Assembly: GCA_973895155.1 (NCBI GenBank)
Contig: OZ316894.1
Coordinates: 19,630,805-19,694,804 of the forward strand
Origin: Marsupella aquatica
Taxonomy: Eukaryota > Plantae > Marchantiophyta
Direction of reading: 5' to 3'
Length of the DNA stretch: 64,000 nucleotides
The translations under genes were made by a program, and so were the position numbers. Each line of letters starts with the position of its first letter. Within the stretch, counting starts at the first letter, position 1. A model generated the notes under the pieces. The model was given only the letters and a program-made list of their open reading frames with translations. It made no database searches and was not told the origin of the DNA. Of the stretch, positions 1-12,172 are shown piece by piece.

Positions 1-2
1 AG

Positions 3-1106
3 GATGCTGCAAAAATTGTGAGGCAAATGTTGAGAGTGGCAGCTCGGTGTCATCTGCATGGTGTGGTCCATCGAGACATGAAACCGGAAAATTTTCTCTT
101 CGAGTCTCAAAAAGAGGACTCCAAGTTGAAAGCAACCGATTTTGGTCTCTCAGATTACATCAAGCCAGGGAAGAGATTCCAAGATGTAGTAGGTAGTGCG
201 TATTATGTTGCTCCCGAGGTCCTGAAAAGGAAGTCTGGCCCAGAGTCGGATGTCTGGAGCATTGGAGTCATCACGTATATTCTTCTGTGTGGAAGACGTC
301 CCTTTTGGGACAAAACAGAGGCGGGAATCTTTAACGAGGTCCTAAAGAAGAGGCCCGATTTTCGAGAGAAGCCATGGCCAACTATCAGCTCTAGTGCAAA
401 GGATTTTGTGAAGAAGTTGTTGGTGAAGGATTCGCGGTTGAGACTCACTGCAGCTCAGGCTCTATCACATCCATGGGTCAGGGATGGAGGTGATGCGTCT
501 GATATGCCACTGGACATTTCTGTTCTTTCAAATATGCGGGAATTTGTTAAATATAGCCGCCTGAAGCAACTGGCTTTGAGGGCTTTAGCGAGTACTCTTG
601 ACGCTGAAGAAATTGCAGACTTGAAGGATCAATTTGATGCTATTGATATGGATCGCAATGGAACCATTACTCTAGACGAAATCAAGCATGCGCTTGGTAA
701 AGATATGCCCTGGCGCTTGAAAGATTCTCGCGTTGTAGAGATTCTTAAAGCAATGGATAGCAATACGGATGGGATGGTGGACTTCGATGAATTTGTTGCG
801 GCTACTCTTCATGTACACCAATTGGAAGAAGCTGACTCTGAGAAGTGGCAAGTTCGCTCTCGAGCTGCTTTTGAGAAGTTTGATTTCGACAAAGATGGCT
901 TCATCACAGCTGAAGAGCTGAAACTAGCCACGGGGGTAAAAGGAAATATGGCGACCTTCTTGGAGGAAGCTGACACTGATGGCGATGGAAGGATAAGTCT
1001 ACCTGAATTTCAGAAGCTATTGAGGCAAGCAAGTCTGGGGTCTAGAACGAATGGCAGTCACAGTTTGAAACATACACCACATACGCCACGCACTCCCAAG
1101 GGTTAA
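3..1106 (+). CDS. CPK28: Calcium-dependent protein kinase, group IV (CPK16/18/28 clade), 5'-truncated by window edge, no introns in visible part
   Basis: Frame open from base 3. Kinase motifs HRDMKPEN, DFG, APE, DVWSIG; junction domain; four EF-hands (DMDRNGTITLDE, DSNTDGMVDFDE, DFDKDGFITAEE, DTDGDGRISLPE). SGPESDVW and GRRPFWDKTE are typical of the CPK16/18/28 clade. Orthology within the clade is not resolved. Confidence 0.93.
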   Translation, partial: DAAKIVRQMLRVAARCHLHGVVHRDMKPENFLFESQKEDSKLKATDFGLSDYIKPGKRFQDVVGSAYYVAPEVLKRKSGPESDVWSIGVITYILLCGRRPFWDKTEAGIFNEVLKKRPDFREKPWPTISSSAKDFVKKLLVKDSRLRLTAAQALSHPWVRDGGDASDMPLDISVLSNMREFVKYSRLKQLALRALASTLDAEEIADLKDQFDAIDMDRNGTITLDEIKHALGKDMPWRLKDSRVVEILKAMDSNTDGMVDFDEFVAATLHVHQLEEADSEKWQVRSRAAFEKFDFDKDGFITAEELKLATGVKGNMATFLEEADTDGDGRISLPEFQKLLRQASLGSRTNGSHSLKHTPHTPRTPKG

Positions 1107-2432
1107 CAAGTAGGTTTTCTGTGCATGTTTCCCCTGGGTTTCGTTTCTTCTAACTGAAGGGTAACTTCACAAATTGTACAATGTGAGCCAATTCAAAGCC
1201 TCGCTTCTTATTAGAAGCTGAGATGGTGGATAACTCGTCTTCAAGGCTGTAGATTCCTCAAAAGGACCTGGACATTTGTCATCCTTGCATCTACAAAGTA
1301 GGGGCATTGTATGTTAAGTAGGACAAACGTCTGGCATTGTATGCTAATTAGAATCGTCTTAGATATTGATATCGCGCAATGAATTGATCATACAAGGCAC
1401 TCCATTGATTTCGCCGAGTCTACTACGAATATTTGTGACTCAGTCAATCCTCATGTTGCAAATAATGTTCGGATGAACCTATGTTGGAAGTTTTCGAAAT
1501 CACGAATAGTAACATAACAGTTCAGATTCCTGTTGACTTTCTGGGAGCTAAATTTCCCTTGTTTACATTTCAGCAGCCACCCTAGTAAGTGGCATAGAAG
1601 GTTCGTCTAAGCCATTCAATTCAAATATGTATCTTCTGAGTTGTATGAAAATCTCCTGGACCTGCATAATGCAACTTTTTGTCTTGGCACGAGGTATCTT
1701 CAATTTCGACAATGCATCTCCTGGATTGTGCTATGTTCTCCCTAAAGTGTGGTATCACACACTAGACATCACACACTGGAACGTTGACTAACAAAATAAT
1801 ACCCACATGTGGACCCGAGATATTAATACGAGCGGAGCAGGGTACAGATCTCCATGATAATCTTTCCAAGAATTTAACAGACCTATCCAGAGGTTTATGC
1901 ATCAAAATTTTGTCCCTATAATGTTTTTGCATCTCAGAATGTCCCAATGTATGGTTCTTTGATCCCTCTATGTATTGCAAGGGTTTTATGAGAACATTAA
2001 CATTGGCCAAGCTGTAATAGAATAATTTTCAGTAAAGGACACAGAAAGCAGTCTGTCATGAGCAGGACATTATCACCCTCTGTCTGAACAGTAATTTAGG
2101 AAATTAGTATGTTAATGCTATCCCTGTCATCAGATGTCCCAAATGAAAGCCCTCTGAGCAGGCAGGCTATGAAGTCAGGGTGTGATCAGATGACCTACGC
2201 AACTACTCCTTCACTGAGTTCAGTTCAGACTGCTTACAGTATGACAATACATCAATAGTGATTGTATTGCTTCAGTTCTGGCTCCCATTGTGATGTCATC
2301 CACCCGGATTCACAAAAAATTATGACAACTGTTTGAGTGCTTGAGTTTAATCTTGATGAGATTTGAGTGCTTGATTTCAGGCTTTGCTGTGTTTAATCTT
2401 AAGTGTTTGCAAAGCTGGCATATTACTGAAGG

Positions 2433-2536
2433 GGCCGAGTGTGTTATTAGCGGTAAAACTCATATCAGACCTAGATGCTCGCTAGGCCGAGTGTGTTATT
2501 AGCGGTAAAACTCATATCAGACCTAGATGCTCGCTA
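2433..2536. repeat. Perfect 52-bp tandem duplication
   Basis: ggccgagtgtg...gatgctcgcta occurs at 2433-2484 and 2485-2536. Confidence 0.9.
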
Positions 2537-5486
2537 TCAAAATAAAATTTAGCAGCAAGGATATCTCGTAACAATTCAGGCACTCCTAATGCAACATGTA
2601 TGCGATGATAAAACATTTGAACCACGGAGGAGATGGTGCAGGCCGGGTGATACTTGCACATCAAAAGCTGCAGCATATGATGTATTGCGCTACATGGCAA
2701 CTGCCCTCAAGTTGGATGGATTTTTTGTACCACAAAAAATCCTGTTGTTTCTTTTATAACACTAAGTGTTACTCCTTCTGTGTATACTCTTTTTTATGTG
2801 CAGTTACCCCTACCGTACCCGTGGTGCAGTGTCTTCTAGAAGTGCGGTGCATGACGGATGTACATTCATTTAGAGTTTGACCATAGATGGCATTTAGTAA
2901 TTTTACGCCCTTCTATAATAACAGCTTTTCTTGAGCAACCCACTAGTGTGGATCCTCCCTCAATCACAAGGGGGAGGTCATGGGGGCTTGGGGTCAACCC
3001 CCAGATAATGGGCAGGTATGGGCAAGTTGTTGTAATAGGGGGACCTGGCATAACCTACTGCTGGCCTATGTTGCGCTCCGTCACACAGGCTTGTTAAGAT
3101 TGAATTGATTCTACACAAGAAACATTGGGAGTGAGGGTGGCTTTACAAGACCCTGGGGACAGTTTCCATATTATTTTGGTCTCCAAAATCTTATCAGAGC
3201 CATTTATTTGGGAGAAACTGCTGCTGGTCACTTTACAAAACATTGCGGGCACTTCCAACCAAACAGTTACCAATCTCGATAACAATGATGTTATATAATA
3301 TCATTGTAAACAAGAGTTACAATAACTTAATAGAATTTATTTTGACAAGAAAATAGGTTGGGAACAATTAAAATATCCAATTCCTAAGTTTAGGGTTATA
3401 TTAAGTAATGATTTTGGAGCACAAAAAACTCTTGAGAATGTTCAGAGTTTGATCTCCTATATTTGGCTCTTAACTACACTTCTAGCTTGATTTAATTCAG
3501 TTGCAATAATTTTTAATGATTTCTTGGCTAGCCAGCAGGTTTGTTTGTGTGTAGTAGTTGATGTGTCAAACGCAAAGGGGGGGGGGGAGAATTTAGGAAG
3601 CGCATTGATGAGAAGAAGCAAAACAAAGGGAAGCCAAGGGTGCCTTGATGTCTTGTGGCTATGTATATATTTGGGTGTATGGAATGTGATGGCAATTGGC
3701 TATAATGTCAAAATAAATCGCATAATTTATTGATTAGTTTTCTGAATAGAAGAGACAATTTTTTAAGGAAAAAAATTCAAAAATTCCCAGGAATAGAAGA
3801 GACAATTGGGGCGCTTTGCCCTATATGAGAATAAGTATTGAATGGTATTTATGGATGGTTTACTCTATAGAGAGCAGGTGAGACACAAACAATAGGCAGA
3901 AACAAGTTTATTATATTTCGTTTCCAATTCCAAACTCTCGTTTATCCCTACTTAGTATACTGACTTTAGGATGTTAGATGGTCAATAGATTAACTTTGAT
4001 TAAAAAAACACTGGAACTGACCCAAATGTGGTGTGAAGTCACTCTTGTTGCATGAAATATAATAGAGACCCAAGAATCACTATCAATTGAACCCCTAAAA
4101 CACCTAGGAAAATCATGCCCCCTAATATCATTTTTATTATTATATTTTATAGAATTCCTAGTGCATATTGTTACATTACATGGTTCCAGATTATAAAATA
4201 ATTTATTTGATGTAATGACTAATATAGCAGTGAAACACATATATGCAATATGTTATAGTACTAGCAATGATGGTATTTTTGGGTGTACGAGGATTAATGC
4301 TTGCCTTGGAGCTAAAAGCATCTTCTCTTGTATGGAAATTTCTCTAGGCACAAGTGATCTGAGCTTGAATCTGAGACACATCAGCTAAAAAATTGGACAG
4401 AACACCTAGACCTCTCATACACACCAGACTCAGCAACCAAAATGGTTTTGATTCTAAAGAATCAGGAAACAGCAATTTTAAACTAAGGGAGAATGTGCAG
4501 AGTTATCTGACTTTAAATTGGATAAAGCTCTGAACAAAGATAACCAATTAGAGCATCACGTGACACTGTTTGCTCATCTACTGTTTTTAGTAGAGGAGCC
4601 TCTCTTTGTAGAAAAATTAATTTTATCACAATTGGAAATCTTATATATCGTAACCATTATACAAATGGGACTAAGAGGCAATTTTTTATGCACTTACTCC
4701 TAGTATTCTCAAAGTGAGTGGGGAATGAGGGGGAAGCCCGGGGGGAAGAGACCTAACAAGTAGCAGCCTCAATTTTATAATTATTTTAATAACTTTGATA
4801 GATATCTCTATTGTTTTTCTTATCAGCTGAGTTGTGTATATCATCACCAACCACACTTCTGATGCAAAGCAAGCCTGCAAGCAAGGATAAGCTCACAAGC
4901 AAGGATACTAAGTATTGCATTTAATCTCTCATTCAAAAACTATTGTGAAAATCTACTCCAATGTTGTTAATTGCCCTGATGCATTCAAGGTTGTCTTGCC
5001 TAGCTATGATTAGATACAAGTGAGATGCAAGCTAAGAGAGCACATAGACCTTCAATTGTATATGAAATATGTATTCTTAACCATCTTTAAACAGATGAGA
5101 CATGGTGTGTCTCTTTGCGCACACATTAAAAGCAGGTGCATTCACCCCAAAATTTGGCTACTTCCATGTCATTCATGGCATAATTGAAGGTGCCAACTCA
5201 AGGGTTAGCATTATAATCATTAAAATACTATGGATGCAGAAAAACTCTCAACATCAATACTTCTAGCTATATTCACCACTACTATCAGAATCCAAATCAA
5301 ATTTGCTCTGATATTGCATATTCAAAGCAGCAATGGCCTCCTTATGGTTCACCTCAGACACCTCCAAGATCTAGGTTGGTAGATTCAATCTAACCTTGGA
5401 TCTAAATAGGGATACCACAAGACTAAAGTTCACACACCCCACACATTAGCACAAGGGAGCACACTCCATGCTAGTTGAGGAGGGCC

Positions 5487-5775
5487 CTCAAGGATCAACT
5501 ACCAAAAACTAAAAGAACCACATGTGATCCAAAATCAATATTTTTCTTATAAAATGAGCTAAACTTTTGAAAACCATAAGGTCAAATAAGGTCTGTATTA
5601 TGAACACAAACTAATATAATATTTTCTACATTACACCTTTTATAAAGTGACATGCGTTATTAATATGAAAAATATTAAATCTCCATAGATGATTGTTTTA
5701 TGAAAAGAAGTATTTGTATAGGTTAGGATCGCCCGTAGTATCCCAAATAATATATGTACTTAATTAGCCCCCAAG
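5487..5775. mobile_element. MITE, CTCGGGGG-ended family A, diverged copy
   Basis: Similar to the 9719 and 11889 copies (aaccacatgtgatccaaaat...ggatcgcccgtagta...cccccaag); ggagggcc repeated on both flanks. End ambiguous by 1 bp. Confidence 0.75.
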
Positions 5776-6249
5776 GAGGGCCTCTCCAAGAAATGACCAT
5801 TGAGAGCGATCTAGAATAAAGTGGCCGGAAAAGAAAAATCGCCAACATTTTGCATTGCAATGTAGTATTGATGATAGCTCACAGGCACATTGTTAGAACC
5901 ATTGCACTGCCGGCATTCTATTTCATTCTATTTCATTCACCAAAAGCTGAAGTCAGAGCTTCCTCTCTCATTCAATGTGTGACATGCATGCTTGACAGAT
6001 GTTGTCACATAACAAGAGCCAAACAGGACAACATGTTGCCTAGCATGGTCCATAGTCCATACTCATCAAAACATTGGATACTTACATATCCAAATCCTTC
6101 AAGTCAGAGATTGATTCCTCTTGAGAAAGAGTCCCTTGTCAAAAAAGTACTGTGCATGTTCCAAGGTCTTCAAGATGTTTGATCCATTGGTGAAGCCCTT
6201 CTCCATTCAATCAACACTACTACATTTTGAAACCATTCTACGCTATACC

Positions 6250-6556
6250 CTCGGGGGCCTCACTCCAAGGGATATCCCATATCACGCGCAAATTTTTCAA
6301 GTAATAAACACCCTAAAAGTTAAGAAAATAAATTATATTTTTACTATTTTAACCCCTAAATTTATGGAATATTCTAGAAATATTCTCACATTTGATATAT
6401 GAAAACCCTTATGGTTTTCATAAGTCTCAAAATTGGATTGAAACACCCCTATATTTCTTCAACAAAACTTTTTAAGTCTTTCGCGCAATTGAATAAAAGA
6501 AACCTGTAACTTCTTCGCGCGCGATCGGTTGGAAGAAAAGAAGTGAGGACCCCGGG
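6250..6556. mobile_element. MITE, CTCGGGGG-ended family B
   Basis: TIR ctcgggggcctcact / agtgaggaccccggg; 8-bp TSD gctatacc at 6242-6249 and 6557-6564; AT-rich interior. Confidence 0.85.
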
Positions 6557-9500
6557 GCTATACCTGGCATTGTAAAATTACATTTTTTGCCGATTTCTCG
6601 ATGCAAACTTTTACGACGTTGGCTAGCAGGTAAAAGGGGGTCCGTTAGTTGTGTCATGGTCTACAACATTTTTTTTAATTCCAAGACAACAATCTTAGCA
6701 ATGTTTGGGACCAGTTTAACTCAAAGACATGAAGTACATTGTAAATGGTCGAGTAGTCTGGACTAAATGATCCGTTCTACCATGTCCAGAACATGGTTAG
6801 TAAAGATGTTAGAGATGGCAATTGTAAGTCAGCGTTCATGAGGTTACATTGTGCATTACGACTCAATAATTAGAAGACACACTTCCATTCTTCAAATGTA
6901 ACGCTATGGTGGGGGTTGTATGGTGACTACCATGTCATGGATGACGTTTAACTAAATTCTTGTTAGGCGTTTATCACATCGTACTGGAAGGAACTATGTC
7001 TAAAACAACGTTAATCTGCGTGTTGGTAAGGTTGGCATGGGAGTCGCATGGTGACTAAAACCAGGTCACAAATGATGTTTAATAAAACAATGGTTTGATG
7101 TTTAGCATGTTGTATGTGAAGGAACCATGTCTGAAGCAATGTAAATGCGGGTGTTGGTTTTGTTGGCGTGGGAGTCGTAAAGAGTACCTTTGGAGGGTCT
7201 TTTTAGGGCTTGGTTTAGGATCTAGGGTTAGGGGTTAGTAACACATTCACAATAGGAGTAAATTGCCCTCAACACATGATCATGCTATGCAACATATACA
7301 TATATACACAAAAAGTACATCTGCAAGGCCTAAGAAAAAAGGTCTCAAGTCTTCCACGTGCAAGACTGATCATTCTACCTATGACTACGAGTCGGTCACA
7401 ATGAACACAAAGTAACCACGTACGCTACCTGCCCTACCCTGGCCCTTGCATCCTTGCTGCTGCTGCTGTACTAGGCTCACACCACCATCACCAACATAAA
7501 TAGGTGCTCCCAATGTTGGCTCCTTGACTACCACTCTAGCTGGGGTCCTAGATCCCCGGCCATGTGAAGCCACTGACCGGTGAGCTGGAGGGGTACAGCA
7601 GCCGCCACTGGACCCGGATCAGCCCACTCACTCCCTAAGTCAGATGCAGTCTCCTCCTCCTCCTCCCCATCCAACTTCTCCTCATCCTCATCCTCCTTAT
7701 CGCCTCCTGCTCCCCACCCTCCTCATTGGCATTGTCATCATTGCCCGATGCCAATGGAACTTCCTCATCGGGCCCGGTCTCCTCTCCCCATTGCCCTCTC
7801 CTGTGCACTCCCTCCTCCTCATCCTCCGAGATGGCCCTTGCAGCGAGGCGCGCTGGAGGGAGCACCTAAATCTACCTGTGAGGTGGTACATGGCAATTAC
7901 TATGTCAGTCCAATTTCCACATCCCTATATTTCCATGTTGTCGGTGTGGAATTAACAGACTCAATAACAATGAAGTATCCTCATAGAGAGAGGATATATG
8001 TATATACACCCCACCTATTATAAAATCACATTCGTCTAATGTGCATGGTTTCATGATATGTCTTACATGTGGTCAACATATCATTTCTCAGAATGTTGTT
8101 CCAACACTATTGATCAAAGGTAATATTTTATATGACATCTTTACAAAAAGTTTACCATGAAAAAATGTCAAAATTTTGGTAAGAAAGGCTACAACGTCTT
8201 ACCATGTCTTTTTATGACCGGGTATTAACCATGTATAGTGCATGGTAAGATATCTCTCACCTATCTTTGTTTGAAGCAACAACTAGTAACGTAGTACCAC
8301 ACGTCTTTACAATCACTTAACCACGTAGGACACATGGTAAATTATGTCACAATCACGTTGACATTCTTATCACATTGGTACATTCAATTGCATTAACAAA
8401 GATCATTGGACACTTTAGAGCATGTATGAGAAGTCAATACATCCAACTTGTCCATATTTTATGAAAAGTACCGTGAAAAGTCTCTAGAACTACATTCTAA
8501 AATGAGTGGAGTGTCCTTACAATTCCCAGTGGTCTCATATTGGCTTTCATAGCACATCCTTTGACGCTTGGCCTTACTCTCAGCTTGCAGCCTCTGGTTG
8601 ACCCTCTTCCAGATCTCCTGCTCAGTCTTGTCCTCCTTCACTTCTTAAACTCTGCTTTGCACCCTGCCTCAAAATGCTGCAGGAGGCATGCCAGCTCTTC
8701 ACCTGAAAGAGTGCACGGTGGCATTATTGTAGGCGGAGGCTCGTGATGGGACTGTGGTGGGGTCCCTGTCCCATGGCTGGTATGCAAAAAATGTGGAATG
8801 AGGTCCACTTTGATTTGACCTCACTGAATAATCACCCAAGTTAGTGGAAAGAAGTATTGTCCCAACTGATGCAAAGTGATCCATGAGCCCAGGGTAAGGG
8901 CTGAAATGCCCCACAACAATGCTCCAATGATTAGCAATGATAAAATCTGCATGTGTCCCTTTTGCAATACAACTCACGGTCTCCCCCTTGGCACTGAAAG
9001 CCACAAATGACCCTGGCTCCTTCCTAACTGATTGGCAGGAACACACATTGCTTGAAGTTTTTTGTAGCATGGTTGCAGCCCTGGTTGATTTTGTTCCCAA
9101 AACTACACAATTTCACTATTGATTCAAGGTCTGGTAGTCTGCTAACTATTGTTGCACTCTTAAGCCACTAGACATATATTTGTGCCCACTACTCCCCCCG
9201 CGCTTGCATTATTGTAATCACTTGTGAAAATCCTGGGCTAATAGCATAATGCAAGCAACTCGTCACACTGAAGAGTGATCAGATGCCCCTCTCACAACCT
9301 ACGCGTCCCATTGAGCTTGCATGGGCTACCCAGAATTTTACAAAAATACCCTAGAAGTTGTAAGTCACTGAAGCACATCTCTTTGTTTTCAGGGGTATGG
9401 TGTTTAGTACGTGCTAGTGCTGTTGTCATTGTGCTAAGTCTCTCACTCTTCTCTTTCACATTGTTGATCAAGAATGACCTGTAATGCATGTCAAGCATCT

Positions 9501-9718
9501 AAAGTGTATCTTACTAGCCTTATTACCTGTTCAATGTAAGTAGAGCTGAAGAGAAAAAACACCTTGCAAAAAAAAGGATTCATCTTGCAGAAAATAGAAT
9601 TCCATGCTATTTTGTGTTCATCTTTGCCTTATTTAATCCCCAATCCTCATTCCCTCTCTACACCCTCACTTAATTTCAGGTATGCACTCTCTTAGACTTA
9701 TGGTCTAGAGTCTTCACT

Positions 9719-10003
9719 CTCGAGGGGTTGACTATCAACAATCTTAGGAACCACGTGCGATCCAAAATATGTATTTTTCATGAAAATTAGCTAAATTTTT
9801 TTAAGCGTAAGAAGCAAAAGAAGATATTATAAACTCATATTTGTAGAATATTCTCTAATATATACCTTTTATAAAGTAAAATAGGTCATTAATATTGAAA
9901 ATATAGAATTTTTTGGAATATTCCTGTTATAAAATAGGTGTGTTTATATTAGGCTAGGATCGCACGTGGTACCCCAAAATATACACTAAGTTAACCCCCC
10001 GAG
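9719..10003. mobile_element. MITE, CTCGGGGG-ended family A
   Basis: Ends ctcgaggggttgac / gttaaccccccgag; subterminal inverted ccacgtgcgatcc; TSD tcttcact at 9711-9718 and 10004-10011. Confidence 0.9.
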
Positions 10004-11888
10004 TCTTCACTCTAGATAGTAGGCCCATGCCCTAGCTTTTGATTGCGCTCTATTAGTTAGATTTATGAGGTCACTAGTGTCCATCACTGAAGAACTCATG
10101 TGTTTCATTGAAACCCATTTAGTATTTGTGCATGGACTATAGTGGATAGTCTATCTTGGGTTTTCCTTTAGAAACTTAATGACTGCACATTGTGACTTCT
10201 CGCTATGTATTTCTCAAGGCTCTATTGGAGAAGAATGCACAGTCAACATTTCTATTACCTCATGATGAAGATTCTCTTCTATTTTTACTAAAACTAGAAA
10301 AAAAATCTCTTAGGTCTTTCATAAGTGTATGAAAGTCATGTTACCAGGACATTATGAGCAGTAATAGCCCCTCAAAACTAGATGTGAACACTTGTGTATT
10401 AGGCCATTATCTATCCCATGATGCATGTAAAGACTACTGTATTATACATAAGCATAGACACTCTGCTATAACAATAGCCATGACCCTTGCCAAGAACAAT
10501 TACAAGGTGAAAGCTACCCACCAAACAACTTAGATTGTATATTTCAAATTTTTAAATTATCTGTAAAATTTTACCAGGTGGGCCTCTAGTTTGCCAAATT
10601 GCTCCCACATACGTTTCTACCCTCGATAGACCTCGTTTTCTTCTACCCACTATGTCACTGACAGTATTCCTAATTAAAGTATCCAAGTTTAATGGTTATC
10701 TAGGGTCCACGGGGAGCATCTTTTCAAAAATTAAAATGACGTTATCCTAATTGTCGTTTGGTCTAAGGATATATTTGTAATTCTAAATAACTTTGAGGGG
10801 TCTTGGTCTTCCCAATAGTTTTTTCCCTTGTTTCCCTTTTAATTGAGTCCCCTGCTTTTGTGATCTTGTCTCCCTATTTGGTTCATTTTGTCTTTTTGTG
10901 TCTTGTCCCATATTTGCAGGATTTCTGCTTTTTTGCATTGCCTTACATATTTTCTATTCTATTATTACCCTCCCTCTTTGTCTCGTTTTGTCCTTGCAAG
11001 CTTGTCTCCTTATGTGGCGCTTTGGGCATGCCTTATAATTATTACCTAGATTGACTCTCTCCCTCTTTGTCGTTTGGGACATGGTCTCCCTATTTGGGGC
11101 TTTTTGCTTTCTTGCATTACCCTATGTAATTACTATCTATCGTAGCTTGCCCTCTTTGTTTTATTTTGCACTTTGCAATCTTGTCTCCCTATTTGGAGCT
11201 TTTTGCTTTGTTGGCATTAATTGTGTCATATATATATTGTCTATCGTAGCTTCATTTCACTTTTTCCAAAGGCTAATAAGTCATACTGATACTGACTATA
11301 TTGATTACGTATGCCAAATTCATTTCCCACAAGGGGTACTACTATCTTCAACGACTCCCCTGCAATGAGAATGTGACACGTGCTCCGAGCGCGCTGCGGT
11401 TTGGATGCCATCTGTACACGAGTGTGGCAGTGCGCTATTGCCTGAATGAAACGTACCGGATCCATGCCACTTGGATTTTATCGACGGCACAAGAAGCCTT
11501 GCCAATGGGCTTGACTACATGGTCCACGTCTGAATGACTGCGTCTGGTCGACGGCAGTGTTTTTTGTAGTTTAGCTCTTCGTTAGAACATGATGACACTA
11601 TAAGAGAAAATTTCAGAATGCATGTATTGTAGAAATATTCTTAGAGTTTTTGATGTAAAATATGTTCACATTGTTTGAAAAGTAGGTTGTATCCTAGGGA
11701 CGATTATGCGGGCAAAAAGTTACTATCTTAGTATTCCAACTATAGGGCAACATCAACCACTATGATAATTAGAGACAATTTTGGCTGATAGTCTCATTAC
11801 AACAAAAAAACAAAAAGTAGGACAAATCCTGGCTGTACATTGAAAACTTGTTTCCTTGTCACATTGGATACACCTTTAATTCCCTATT

Positions 11889-12172
11889 CTCGGGGGGTTA
11901 ACTAAGTGTATATTTTGGGGTACCACGTGCGATCCTAGCCAAATATAAATAGACCTATTTGATAAAGAAAATATTCCAAGAATATTCTCCATTTTCAATA
12001 TTAACCTATTTTACTTTATAAAAGGTATATATTAGAGAATATTCTATAAACATGAGTTTATAATACCTTCTTTTGCCTCCTACGCTTTTTAAAAATTTAG
12101 TTAATTTCTATCAAAAATACCTATTTTGGATCGCACGTGGTTCCTAAGATTTTTGATAGTCAAGCCCCCGAG
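11889..12172. mobile_element. MITE, CTCGGGGG-ended family A (opposite orientation to 9719 copy)
   Basis: Ends ctcggggggttaac / gtcaagcccccgag; TSD tccctatt at 11881-11888 and 12173-12180. Confidence 0.9.

Noticed and set aside
11555-11612. CACTA-like termini (ttttttgtagt, cactataagagaaaa)
   Set aside because: No matching partner end with a 3-bp TSD could be established.
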